DNA from: Curvularia clavata
Lineage: Eukaryota
NCBI GenBank assembly: GCA_023920165.1
Contig: CP089279.1
Span: 2,418,001 to 2,482,000 of the forward strand
Direction of reading: 5' to 3'
DNA: 64,000 bases
A program made the translations under genes and the position numbers. Below are positions 36,616-47,700 of this stretch, in pieces (the first letter of the stretch is position 1; every line of letters starts with the position of its first letter). Below the pieces are notes generated by a model. The model had not been told where the DNA came from and did not search any database. It saw nothing but the letters and a program-made list of their open reading frames with translations.

Positions 36616-37309
36616 CTTGCGCAAGCATATGCCAATGGTAACGTAGTCTCTTTTGAGGCTGTCCATAGCATTCAAGCGGATCATTGTTGACCCCAGATCT
36701 AAATAAATACATTGCGGTGGGTACCGCATTTGCAAGTGAGTGATGCTGAAGATGATGGTAAAATCCACTTGTAGGTTCTGTTATCACAAGCCGTACGTCA
36801 ATGGTAGATGCGTATTCTTCTGCTGAGCTTGATTCTCAGCTGACGGGTTCTTTCTTTAGTGAAACAGGTTGTGCAGAAGGTAGAGTCTAGATCATGTTTC
36901 AACCGCTGTATTGCTTCTCCGAGCGATCAACTGGGTTTCCCTAGTTTTCAAGCATAGTCAGAGCTACAAAAGCACAAATGAAGCGTCCAGGAGTCGCAAC
37001 CCAGTAGACACCAAGACCTCGACTGGACAAACGGCTGACTGCTTTTCTTTGCAGTTGCCATGACATGGTGGCCATGGCAAACAGTGGTGGAGAACATGCC
37101 ATGGTCCCTGGCCTCTGGCCACTGGCAAAAAGAAAAAGCCGGTGGCTTGACCAAAAACACGTCCTTCAGGCACAACAGGTACTCAACAGCTGCAGCTGGA
37201 GCAAAAGCCATGTATGTTGCAATTGAGACTTACTCTAAGTCCATGTTTTGCCAGTTCTATAGAATAAAAGTGCAAAAAAAAGTGCAAAAAGGTTCAGCTG
37301 TATCCCGTA

Positions 37310-37485
37310 ATACTTACCTGGGATACAGCCTACGTCCTTTGTCGAATTTGTTGAACCTCTCGCCGCATTGCCGAACCTCGGAACTTAACTCAAATTGTAA
37401 CTTACCTGATTGTGATATTGTCGTGAATCGAACCTCTCGCCGCATTGCCGAACCTCGGAACAGAACTCAAACTTAGACGTACCTG
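37310..37485. repeat. ~77-bp tandem duplication with a perfect 32-bp core
   Basis: GAACCTCTCGCCGCATTGCCGAACCTCGGAAC at 37353-37384 and 37430-37461, each followed by AACTCAAA and TACCTG. Confidence 0.95.
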
Positions 37486-38039
37486 TAGGTGCCCGGCCCC
37501 TTCGGCCACTACACCCTCTGGCTAGGTGCTGCCATATGCCACCCTGTAGCTAGGTGCGTGCTTGATGGAAGAAGGACGCTTTGTTGGGATCTAAATAGCC
37601 AAAGATTTGGAGCGGGGTCGGGGGTGACCTTGGTGAGTGGGGTGGGTCCAAGGCACGCGGTGACGGAAGCGTTTGCTCAGGCAGGCAAGGGAACACCTTC
37701 AAAGAGCCGTCGTGGGTGGCAGGGAGAGTGTAGGCATGCTTTGTGGTGCTTGGGCTCATGGCGGGATCCGTTGGGGCCATTGGCTTGTCCATCTACTTCT
37801 TTTGTGCAGCATTGACTTGTCCTCCTTCTCGATCCCCCACAGAGCCACCACGCAGCGGCTATGCCTGAGACTGGGCACCGGTCTACTGGGCACCTCTCCT
37901 ATTTGTCTGACATTGCCTGACACAGTTGGCCCGGTATTGCATGCATCGGGCGCGTTGGTGACGGGCCTTGGCGGAGAGTAGCCCTGGCAGACAGTGACTT
38001 ACGCCCTTCCCCCAATGACAACAACAACACCAACATGGG

Positions 38040-39060
38040 GCGACACCGTCTAGGTCAACAACATGCTCTTGCTATGGAGAACCTCGCTATCCCCCTGCAA
38101 GGGACAGTAACACCGCACAACCCCCTGAGTTCCCATGGGAGACCTTTGACACGGCGGCGGCTCTCAGCGGCGGCAGGACCAACACCAGCGCGGTGCCAAC
38201 ACCATCTAGGTAAATGACATACGCTTGCCCATGGGAGCCTCGTAACACTGCTGCAAGAGACAACAACACAGTATGTGCCCCTGAGACCCCCCAGGGGAGG
38301 CAGTCGACGCGGCGGCAAGTCTGAGTGGTGGCGAGACAACAGTGCAGTGCCATCACTGTATAGGCCTACAGCGTGCTCTTTCCCATGGGAGCTTCACGAT
38401 CCTCCAGGACAAAGCAGCAACATGGTATGTGCTCCTGACCCTCGCATGGCAGATCTTCGACGCGACGGTGACGGCGACGGCGGATAATACACCTGCAAGG
38501 CTTGAGAATCTACCTCTATCGAAGAGGAATTCATAAAGGCTCTAGAATACCCCAGTAGTGGCACTGTATGTGTCCTTGAATCCCCCTTGGAAGACCTTCG
38601 ACACGGCAGATCTTAGCGACGTTGAGCAAGATACCTACGGGGCTGGCGACAGCCTCAAGGATCTACCCTCACCGAGGGGAACTCATAAACGCTCCGGAAT
38701 ACTCCAGTAGGAAGCAGCGATACGGTATGTGTCCGTGATTTCCCTACGCGACACCTTTGACAAGACGGCGCCAGCGACGGCGGGTATCAGTGATGTCAGG
38801 CTGGACACCTGAGAAGCTGACGATAACCTTGAGGGTCTACCTCTACCAAGGGAGGACTCCAGAATACTCGGACAGGAAGCATCGACACAATACGTGCCCC
38901 TGATCTCCCTATGTGAGACCTTCGACGCGCTGGTCGGTCTTGACAACATTGAGCAAGACACTTACGGGACTGACGATAGCCTTGAAGACCCAACCCCAAC
39001 CGAGGGGGACCCATGGGGTACCTGGTATGTCCTCAAGGTATGAAAGACATCGATACGATG
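38040..39060 (+). pseudogene. Degenerate tandem array (6-7 units of ~135-165 bp) reading as a decayed ~53-aa repeat protein
   Basis: Anchor GTATGTGYCCCTGA..CCC...GAGACCTTCGAC recurs near 38111, 38270, 38425, 38566, 38725, 38890, 39024; units 4-6 stay in one frame: YVSLNPPWKTFD../YVSVISLRDTFD../YVPLISLCETFD.., with stops at 38708 and 38810 and frameshifts in units 1-3. Confidence 0.7.
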
Positions 39061-42000
39061 CAGTAAGAAGCGCAAGCCATACGACGGCTGCGGTAATACA
39101 AGCTGTTTCCCCCGAATGAATTGATCGCCTTACAGAAGATAGTGACAGCTCACGACAAGAACAGCCCTTTGACACTTTGAACGACGGCTGTATGTGCAGC
39201 GCGAGCCCAGCCGAAGCAGCAAACCGTCGTTGCAAGCATCTACCCAAATCTCTCATCTTCCCTCGAGCATACTTCGAATGCGCCGACAGAGACAAAGCGA
39301 CTTGGGCCAAGACAAGCACAGTAGGCCATGCGAGGGCAACGGTGATTGCAAGTCCCACTTTCGTGACGCCCTGCTTGCCGCAGCAGGCTCCACTCGAACC
39401 GTTCCAGCTCTTACCGATGAACAGAACCACTGGAACCTGTGTTGCAATAGACCAGCAGCTAGGAAGTGAATAACAGAGCAGGCGAGTACAACAACAGTCC
39501 CTGAGCTATAGAGACTGACAGCAGCTGTATAGAGATTGATGCCCGGGGTACGGTAGTTCGATGCCTGCACCTGCCCCGAAGACTTCACAGTAGTCGAGCC
39601 CTACTTCTCGAACAATGCACACTTCGGCCATGCGCACAGACGAGTAGATCGAGTAGAGGAGATGACACAGCATGAGGCTGTTCACAATGCCTTTGATCAT
39701 CCTGGTCATTCATCGGAAAGGCCCTTGCTTGTAAACAACATCCCGAGTACAACGCGCCACTCCAGCCGCACGGTCATGCCACCATCCAGGACGTCCGCTT
39801 GACAACGCAACGGAATGTCACAGCGTTATTAATTGACAAGAGACACTGTGCAGTCGAACAAGCAGCTGTGGATGTCGAATTCTTTGATCGACGGTGCCGA
39901 CAGGTTGGGGCTACCCAGTGAACAAAGAGGTCATAGAACATAATCTGTACACGGATGGCTCGGGTCTCGCATGCGAGCGAGTGCTATAGCGTAACAAAGA
40001 CTCATCGTTAGACCAGCTGGCGGACGAGGTGTTCGCCCAGGCGGAAGATTGCCGTCAGGCTTGCTGCCGATCTGTACATCTCTGTTGTCCTTTTGTCGAT
40101 GCCCAGTAGAGGATAGGGGTATCTGAGACGAAATCCTTAAACGCCAGTCGTTGCCTGTCTTATTTCCGGATACCCTCAAAGAGACGGAGAATATGGTGAG
40201 TCATCCGGAATACAGTTGCGCCGGTGCGAAGACTGACATGCTGGGGAATATTCGTCCACAGACCGCAGGTTCAGGTGCGTTTCCATCTGCACTGTGGCCC
40301 GGCCGTATAACCCAGGGCTCTTCTTCATTCCCAGACACGTAGACGCTCGACTGCACAGATGCAAGTAGTGGCATCGCATCTCGCTATCCGGATACGTGCC
40401 ATGGTCGAATACAACCAGCGAGACGTCGACTAAGACTAACCCTGAGGCTTTGTCTTCCCCTATGGATTCAGGCTTTGACAAGTAACGGACTTGTAAACAT
40501 CTGATAACGGAACGTGACGTTTCCTGGCACCACCTAACCTGCCATCCGCCACTGACTTACAACGTGACAAGCGCAATAGCAGGTAGGTTCCGTCGATAGC
40601 TCATTCACAACCAGTTGCACCAGAGAACAGGTGTTGTTGGTAGAGCTGAAAAGGACACTATGCATGTAATGCTGCACGATACTCGCTGATGCGATTCAAC
40701 CCCAGAGCTGTCGCCAACTCAGCTTGCTTCGATTTAGCTGACAAGGAATCCTTTGAGAGCAGAACATCGAAAGAGGACTCGAGGGCTATTTTCTTTCATA
40801 ATTGACGGTTCCAAGTTCAAATTCTAGGCAATGGCTCCGGACATTGTAGCAGAGACCAAATGATCCCAGTAGATTTCGACCTTACTGCTTCTTAGCCGAC
40901 GCATGCGGTCTTGCAGGTGAGCGGAATGTACACCAAGGTCGATGAGACAGCGTTTCTGCAAAAGTCGGCCCTGGAAGGATGATGAAAACTCTCAAGCATG
41001 ATTAAGAGCTTGGAAAAGATCATTCAGCAATGTGGCGCATCCTCTCGGGCGATAACTTGAACGTATTGCGGCTTACTTCGGGATTGAATAAGACGTTCAA
41101 TATGTTCTGCCTTGCAGATGCGAAAAAGGCACCGACTGTTCCATGCGAGTGTTCGCGGCATCGACGCCGGTTCGCACATAATTGAAGGCGGGCGCGAGAC
41201 ATCCACCATTAAGACATCCACCAGTGAAACATCCTGCCAGTGAGGACTTCGACAATGGCAATATCACCCGTAGGTATATCACCAATGGATGCTTTTGATA
41301 CAACATGGCGAATCAAAACACCCCGTATTCCTCTCAGCATAACCCGAGGACCATCGCTAGGATGATCACGGTGGCCTTGCATTGAGAATACGTATTGAAC
41401 CGATGGGTGGAGATGAGCGCAACTCAGCCAATGATCGCCGCCGTTATGCAGTAACATCATGCTTTAAGCTTTGTGATGCGGTCCAGCCTCATTCAGATCA
41501 AGCTGTCGCTTTCATCAAAGTCGACGATAGCCATCATAAACTGGCTTCAGCGTAGCAACAGAGCGACCGAGACTCAAGCATCTCGTGCCAAAGACACAAT
41601 CATATCCCCACCTCCTCACCAAAAGTCGACATAAGGATATGACGCATGGTCTGGCAAGACGCCCAATATGCGGCAGAGCCAATCCCTCTACTAGCATATC
41701 ATTGCGCCCGCGTCATGTCCATGAAGTATGGTATTCCATTCCGAATCTCCTAGCTCTTACCCAAGCGTAAAGCGCTTGTTAAACCAGCTATGCCAATTTC
41801 CACTGTGGTGTGTGTTGCATCATCGAGCCTATGTGGAAAGCGCATCGAAAGCCTGATGCTCATGGCAACGCTAGGCTAATGTCCTCACACAAGGGGACAC
41901 CAGTGCTGTCGCAAATGATGAGAAGCAAATTGTCCATTATGGGCCTACTGGTTAGCTTGTGTTCGGCCCTCTTCGTAAGACCAGTCCAAGCATGTCGCCG

Positions 42001-43860
42001 CTTGCCTCCATCCTTTCGCCCCTGGTGCAGTGTTTGTCTCTTGTACCTCGCAGACCTGGAACCTTTCGGTATTGGACAGTGCTAAGGACGCTTGCCGATA
42101 CGGTACGGTGCCGCTACCGCTCAGTCTTTCGAGGGGCGGAGCGCCAGTCTTAATTCGAAAGAATGTTCGGCTATTAATGACTTCGTTGCTGAAGCTCTAC
42201 ACGTCGGGACGTCGTCATGCCACCTGTAACTTTCTGAGCGGCTAGGCCATTGCTATGCAAAAAGAAAGCAAAAGCAACATGGCACACGCCCCGAAGCAAC
42301 GCAACCGCAAGAATATTCACAGATGAGGATACTTGGTGCCAGCTGAGATACGAGGGTACCTGCCGCTGTTCAAGGGCCCCATCCCGTGTCAATGCCCGAG
42401 GCCTTTAACAGTATGCTGTGTAGCATGCCCATCGAATGCCTCTGTGCCGGGTGGGGAGTCGCTCCGTCCGTATCGACTGTGAGTGCACACGCGAATAGTG
42501 AATCGATCAAAGCTATTCTAGAGCAATGCTCAATCTTTGTGGGCTTCTGCCTACGTTCCTAGGGTGAGCGGCTCAGGGTTAGCAGTACTGTGGTGATGCA
42601 GGATGCCCTGCACGCCAGAAGGAAATGCCGCCTTCTCGCAAAGCTATGGTTTCCGCACCGCGAAGCTGCGAACTCGCGTCGTGCTTTCGTGGATGTCTGT
42701 GATCCCCAGGAGGAGGCTCAGGTGTACCGGCGATGGCAGACAATATCTATGCCCTTTCGTGTCCAACGCAGACGGGTCTCCTGTGGTGTATGAGTGTGCC
42801 CTCTCAGAGAGGATTCTTTGCTGAGACAGTTCAGCACCAGGAGTCTTGGCATAGACACAGACACAGACAGGGCGCGACCAGCTGTCTGAACGTGAACAGG
42901 CGCCTTCGAGGCTACAGAGAGGCTGATGCGCCGCGGGGGACGCTGAACGTATTGCTCCCCGTGTTCGCTTCACCCACAACTCGGTGGTGAGGCATTGGAA
43001 AGACGAGGCGCGTGTTGAATGAGGCAAGTCCAAGCTCGATGCACAGCGGAAAGCTCAGAATGCCGCTCACCAAGGCGGCAAGACACAGCCTCAGTCATCG
43101 GAAACAGGCACAAAACTGGCAGAGGCTTCAGAGTTGCAAAGAAAAGCGCAGTGCTTGGAATTGGGTTATGCTGACATTGGGGGGGGGAGGGGGGGGGGGT
43201 TCGGGAGGCGCCGACGAGGGGCTCTGACAAGCACACATCCTGGCGTCGTGTTCCCCACCAAAAGTACCCTGGAAGCTTTTGGCGAACGCGTCTACCGTGT
43301 GCTAAGAATGCACATGCATGCAAGCTGACGATGCGAATCTCACAACGAGATTCTCAGGGCGCAGGACAAGAGAAACTTGCCTGTGTGAACAAGTCTTGCA
43401 GAAAACGCACGCTCTACAAGATGGCTGGCTGCTAGAGAATCAGGACAATGTTCTAGGGCGTCAATCGGCGCGGTACACAGCAACAGGGCGAAAGTTTTGT
43501 GATCATTATTCATTTCCATGGTCTACATATGGGCCAGGACCTGGCTTGAGAGAGCCATAAGTTTCTCAATCATGCTGATGGGGAATATTTCGCAGTCATG
43601 CTATCCGATTGTCCATCCAACGCCGAGGCTTGCAGGAGTAGTTAAAGTAACCGGTGCTAATGAAAGGGACGCGGGCAATATCATGGGGCCAACTCATCAG
43701 AACACGAGGCCTCGAAAGGCTGATTTATCATCGTTGTGTGGCATAGTGGAAGATTGTGCTGTTGGAATCTCAGACAGCATGTTGGGGAACGAGGACAGCC
43801 TCCCTGCCCGTGCCAGCATCGAAGTATCACCCACGTGAGTGATATCAAAGATGTCAGAGC

Positions 43861-44474
43861 TCACGGTTTGGCATACTGCTTTGTCCACTCTTGAGCCGTC
43901 TGGATAGCCTGTTCCTTGTTCTCCTTCCACGCCTGGGCGACATCGTTGGCAAGGGGATCGTCCGGGTTGGGTGCGCCCAACAGAGCTTGAATGGAGAGTA
44001 GGATCGTACGAATCTGGAGAGCGGGCGACCAGTTGCCTACGAAGGTCAGCCTACTGTTGCGTTAAAGTTGCGAAATGTGGGTCTAGACGTACTCTTGAGG
44101 ACATCGAGACAGATACGACCAAGGCGATCAATGTTAGGGTGGTAGATCTTGGTGAGGAAGCGGACCTTGGGCGGCGTCATGGGGTAGTCGTCCGGGAGAA
44201 ACAACTCGAGCTTGAAGACGCCACCTGTGAAGGACTTGTTAGCTGGAAACCCCGAAGGCTACTGCGCGGCGACATACCTTCATAAGGCGACTGGCTGGGA
44301 CCGTCAATGGTAACATCGAAGTACCTCAAGTTATCGTCGTGGGGTGTCGCGCTGATTCCTTGGACTCTATACAGGGGCCCAAATCAGCAAAGCTGCACCT
44401 CATCCAGTTGGAGATACTCACGGCTCGTTGACCAGGCGCTCGGTCTCCTTGATGATTCGCTTGGGCAGCGCCAT
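43861..44474 (-). CDS. UBC13: Ubiquitin-conjugating enzyme E2 Ubc13 (149 aa, 4 exons)
   Basis: Exons 44474-44422, 44366-44278, 44224-44093, 44036-43861: [34 protein letters not shown]...[53 protein letters not shown]. Confidence 0.97.
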
Positions 44475-44785
44475 AGCTGATGGTGGGGTAGAGATCGCCG
44501 CTGGTGGAAAACAAAGAGGACGAGAAGAAAGAGGTGGCTCACGACTAGGAGGCAGTGCTTGTTGTGTTGGCGTCGAGTAGGGGAGATTTCTTCTTCTCTG
44601 GGTGCAGAAGAGCAAGCCTGGGTGGTCTGTCTTGGGAAAAGCCGCAGGGTTAAGCGTGTATGTTTGATGTTGCGTAATCCGTCGGCAGCCGCGCTAGGAA
44701 GGGAACCAGGGGAGGGCTGCCACTCCTGTACCGTCGTCATCTCCATCACGACCACACGCGTGTGCTGGAAACGGCCAGCAACAAG

Positions 44786-47700
44786 ATGACCGCCACGACA
44801 GGCGGGCCACTGTCAGCGTTCCAGTCGCCGACATTTGATCGCGATGTCGAGGTCAAAGTAGATGACGAGATTGGGGCCGCCAGCATAAGTCCAGCAGGTC
44901 GCGACATCGTCCTTGCGAGCAAGAGCGGCCTCCGCATCATTGACTTAGACAACCTCTTCTCTTTACCTCGCTTCATTCCAAACCAGTCGTCATGGGACGT
45001 CGCAGACGTGCAGTGGTCGCCCTTCGCAGCACGCGCAGAATGGATCGCTACCACTCGCAACCAGCTCGCGCTCGTGTACAATCTCTCGATGCCGTATAAC
45101 AGCAAAAAAGCACCCATTGAGTACACGTTGCGCGCCCATGACCGCGCCATCACAGACATCAACTTCTCTGCTCACCATCCAGATCTGCTCGCGACATGTG
45201 GCGTAGACAGCTTCGTCTTCATACATGACCTTCGCAGCAGACAAGTCCCGTTAAAGCTTGCTGACTACACGGCGGGAGCAACCCAAGTCAAGTGGAATCG
45301 CCAAAATGACAAGATCATTGCGAGCGCCCACGACAAGTACCTTCACATCTGGGACACTCGCCATGGAGCGACTCCCCTCTCGACCATCGCGGGTCATAGC
45401 ACCAAGATCTACGGTATTGACTGGAACCGCAATGACCCGAGCAAGATCATGACCTGCTCACTCGACGCGACCATTAAGCTATGGAACAACGTAGGCAGAG
45501 CTGATGTTATGACTATCCCCCGACGCGTGATTCGCACTCATTATCCAGTATGGCGAGCGCGACACACGCCATTTCCTCACGGTATCCTCGCCATGCCCCA
45601 GCGGGGCAATTCGAACCTTTGGCTGTACAAGCATGTCAACGATAGCGACCCCTCTACTTTTAACAACGAACCAGTTCATGCCTTTCAAAAGCACGATTCA
45701 GATGCTCAAGTACGCGAGTTTCTGTGGCGCTCACGTGGGTCTACTGACTACGGTATCGACAACCGCGACTTCCAATTGATTTCTTGGGGCACTGACAGGC
45801 GTCTGCAACTTCATCATCTCGATCCAAAGCTTCTTGAAAAGGCCGTCGGCTACCGGAAAGGAGACCGCCTCCTTGAAGAGCCCAGTGCAACGCGTAGAGG
45901 AGCTACCTATGTATCATACCGCGATGGTCCCATTCCCACAACTACTGCGGGTGATCGAGATCAATTTGGGCCACCACGACAACAGCGGAAAGGGAACTTG
46001 TCGACCCTGTTGCAGAACTACTCGCTCAAAGATGAGGCTTATACGGCCCACTTTCGCGGACAGACACACGCTAGAATACAACAAGAGGCAGTACCACGAG
46101 AGACTATGACTGCTCAGCCTATTCGTCGAAACGACCCACGTGTTGTTAATCACATCACGTGGATCAACGGTGTCAAGTTTGGGGGTGAGCGCCATAATAA
46201 TGTCAATGATTTCCAAGCTCGACCAAACCAGCACGATCGTGGCACGAAGTATCCGTACCAAGAACAGAATGACCTCGGAGCCGAGATATCCTATGTTGGC
46301 AATAAATACAAGAAACTGGCTTTTGAAGAGATTGATGTGCCAGGTCGCTACATCAAGGTTTCGTTCAACGGCCCCTGGGGCGACTACGATCCCACGACTG
46401 ATGGCGCGAAACTCGTATTTCTCCGATTCACTATCCGATTCCCATCTGCGTACCCCAAGGCTATTGAAAATGGACAGCCAGATTCTGTTCGCCATAGAAT
46501 ACCGACTCCACTAGATATCGAATTTGAGAGGACAACGGCATCCATCAGCAGAGAACGCCAGGAAGAACTAGTTCACAATATGCACCGCATTGCTGCTACC
46601 TGTGCCGAACAGGAACGTGAAGCATTGGAAGCAGTGCTTTCGTATGCTTTGGGTGAGCGTGCCCTCGATGACAGCTTGGACCTAGGTGAGGACGATGGGC
46701 CACTTGCAGATCTTGGACCACTACCAGGAGAAAGCTCTAGTGAGGACGAGGACCACGATGGCGAGTTCACTGATGAAGTTATGCAATCTTCTCACATGAA
46801 TGCCAACGTCCCTCTGCCTATTCAATGCACTGCGCGATTCTCGGCGGACGGATCGCTTGTAGTTGCAAGGATACCTCCAGTGAAGTCAACGCCTGGCTCA
46901 GAGGTATTCAGGTTCCAGATTACGAGAAATCTTCGCCAGAGCGGCCTGAGGAACGATATCTTCGACTCCTTTGGGCGCTTTACTTCCCATCGTGCCGAGG
47001 ACTCTGACGGAGGTTCATCTCCATCCTCTTCTGTTGGTTCTTGGGAAACGTCTTCTGCTCCATCATCTTCATCTGGCTCTGGCCATGCTGGAAATGCACA
47101 TATTGGCAACTTTCAGCCACCCCTAGCCTGGCAGAAATCTATCTCTCGGTTTCAATCGCGAAACTCATTGCCTTCTTCGGGCGGTGTAGCCAAACAGCCG
47201 GCCAAGACTAAATCCACGGTGTCTATACTGTTCTCGGCTACGGATGATTTGGTTCCCAGCAAGCGTGTACTGGCTGAAGAATACCGCATATTCGGCCCTG
47301 GACCTATCATTTGCGAGCACAACTCTGAAGTAGCAAGACGACATGGATTTGATGAGCTTGCTGATATCTGGATGCTTTGTAAACTGATACTGAGCAACGA
47401 GGTACCTGTGGAAGTACTTCCCCAACAGTACCGGAGGGACCAGGTGCTTGTGCTTGCCCGGAGAGCTCTTATCAGGATGAAACGGAAAGACAGCGGGCTT
47501 GACCTTGCATCTGAGGAAACAGACAACGTGACCAATACCAAGCTAAACGCTCGGGTCAAGTGGGGTCATCATTCTGTCGTCACCTGGCTGATACCTTCGC
47601 TTTTTGAACATTTCGAGCGCTTGGCGGATGTTCAGATGCTTGCTATGCTGTCTTGCGTATTCGCGGAGCCTGCTGCTCGTGAGGACGTGGCCTCGGCCAT

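Noticed and set aside
37310..37470. U1 snRNA gene (starts ATACTTACCTGG, has CATTGC)
   Set aside because: No stem-loop I GATCA.GAAG loop, no correctly placed Sm site, and the region is an internal duplication.
37420..37520. tRNA gene on the minus strand
   Set aside because: A- and B-box-like motifs are present but the T stem and acceptor stem do not pair.
38040..39060. CRISPR array or introner-like element series
   Set aside because: Eukaryotic context, and the units are homologous along their whole length with no unique spacers. GTATGT recurs but branch/acceptor signals are inconsistent and unit 6 lacks the GT, so repeated introns are not supported.
38909..39430. 173-aa minus-strand ORF
   Set aside because: No motifs; overlaps the decayed array, whose plus-strand reading is more protein-like.
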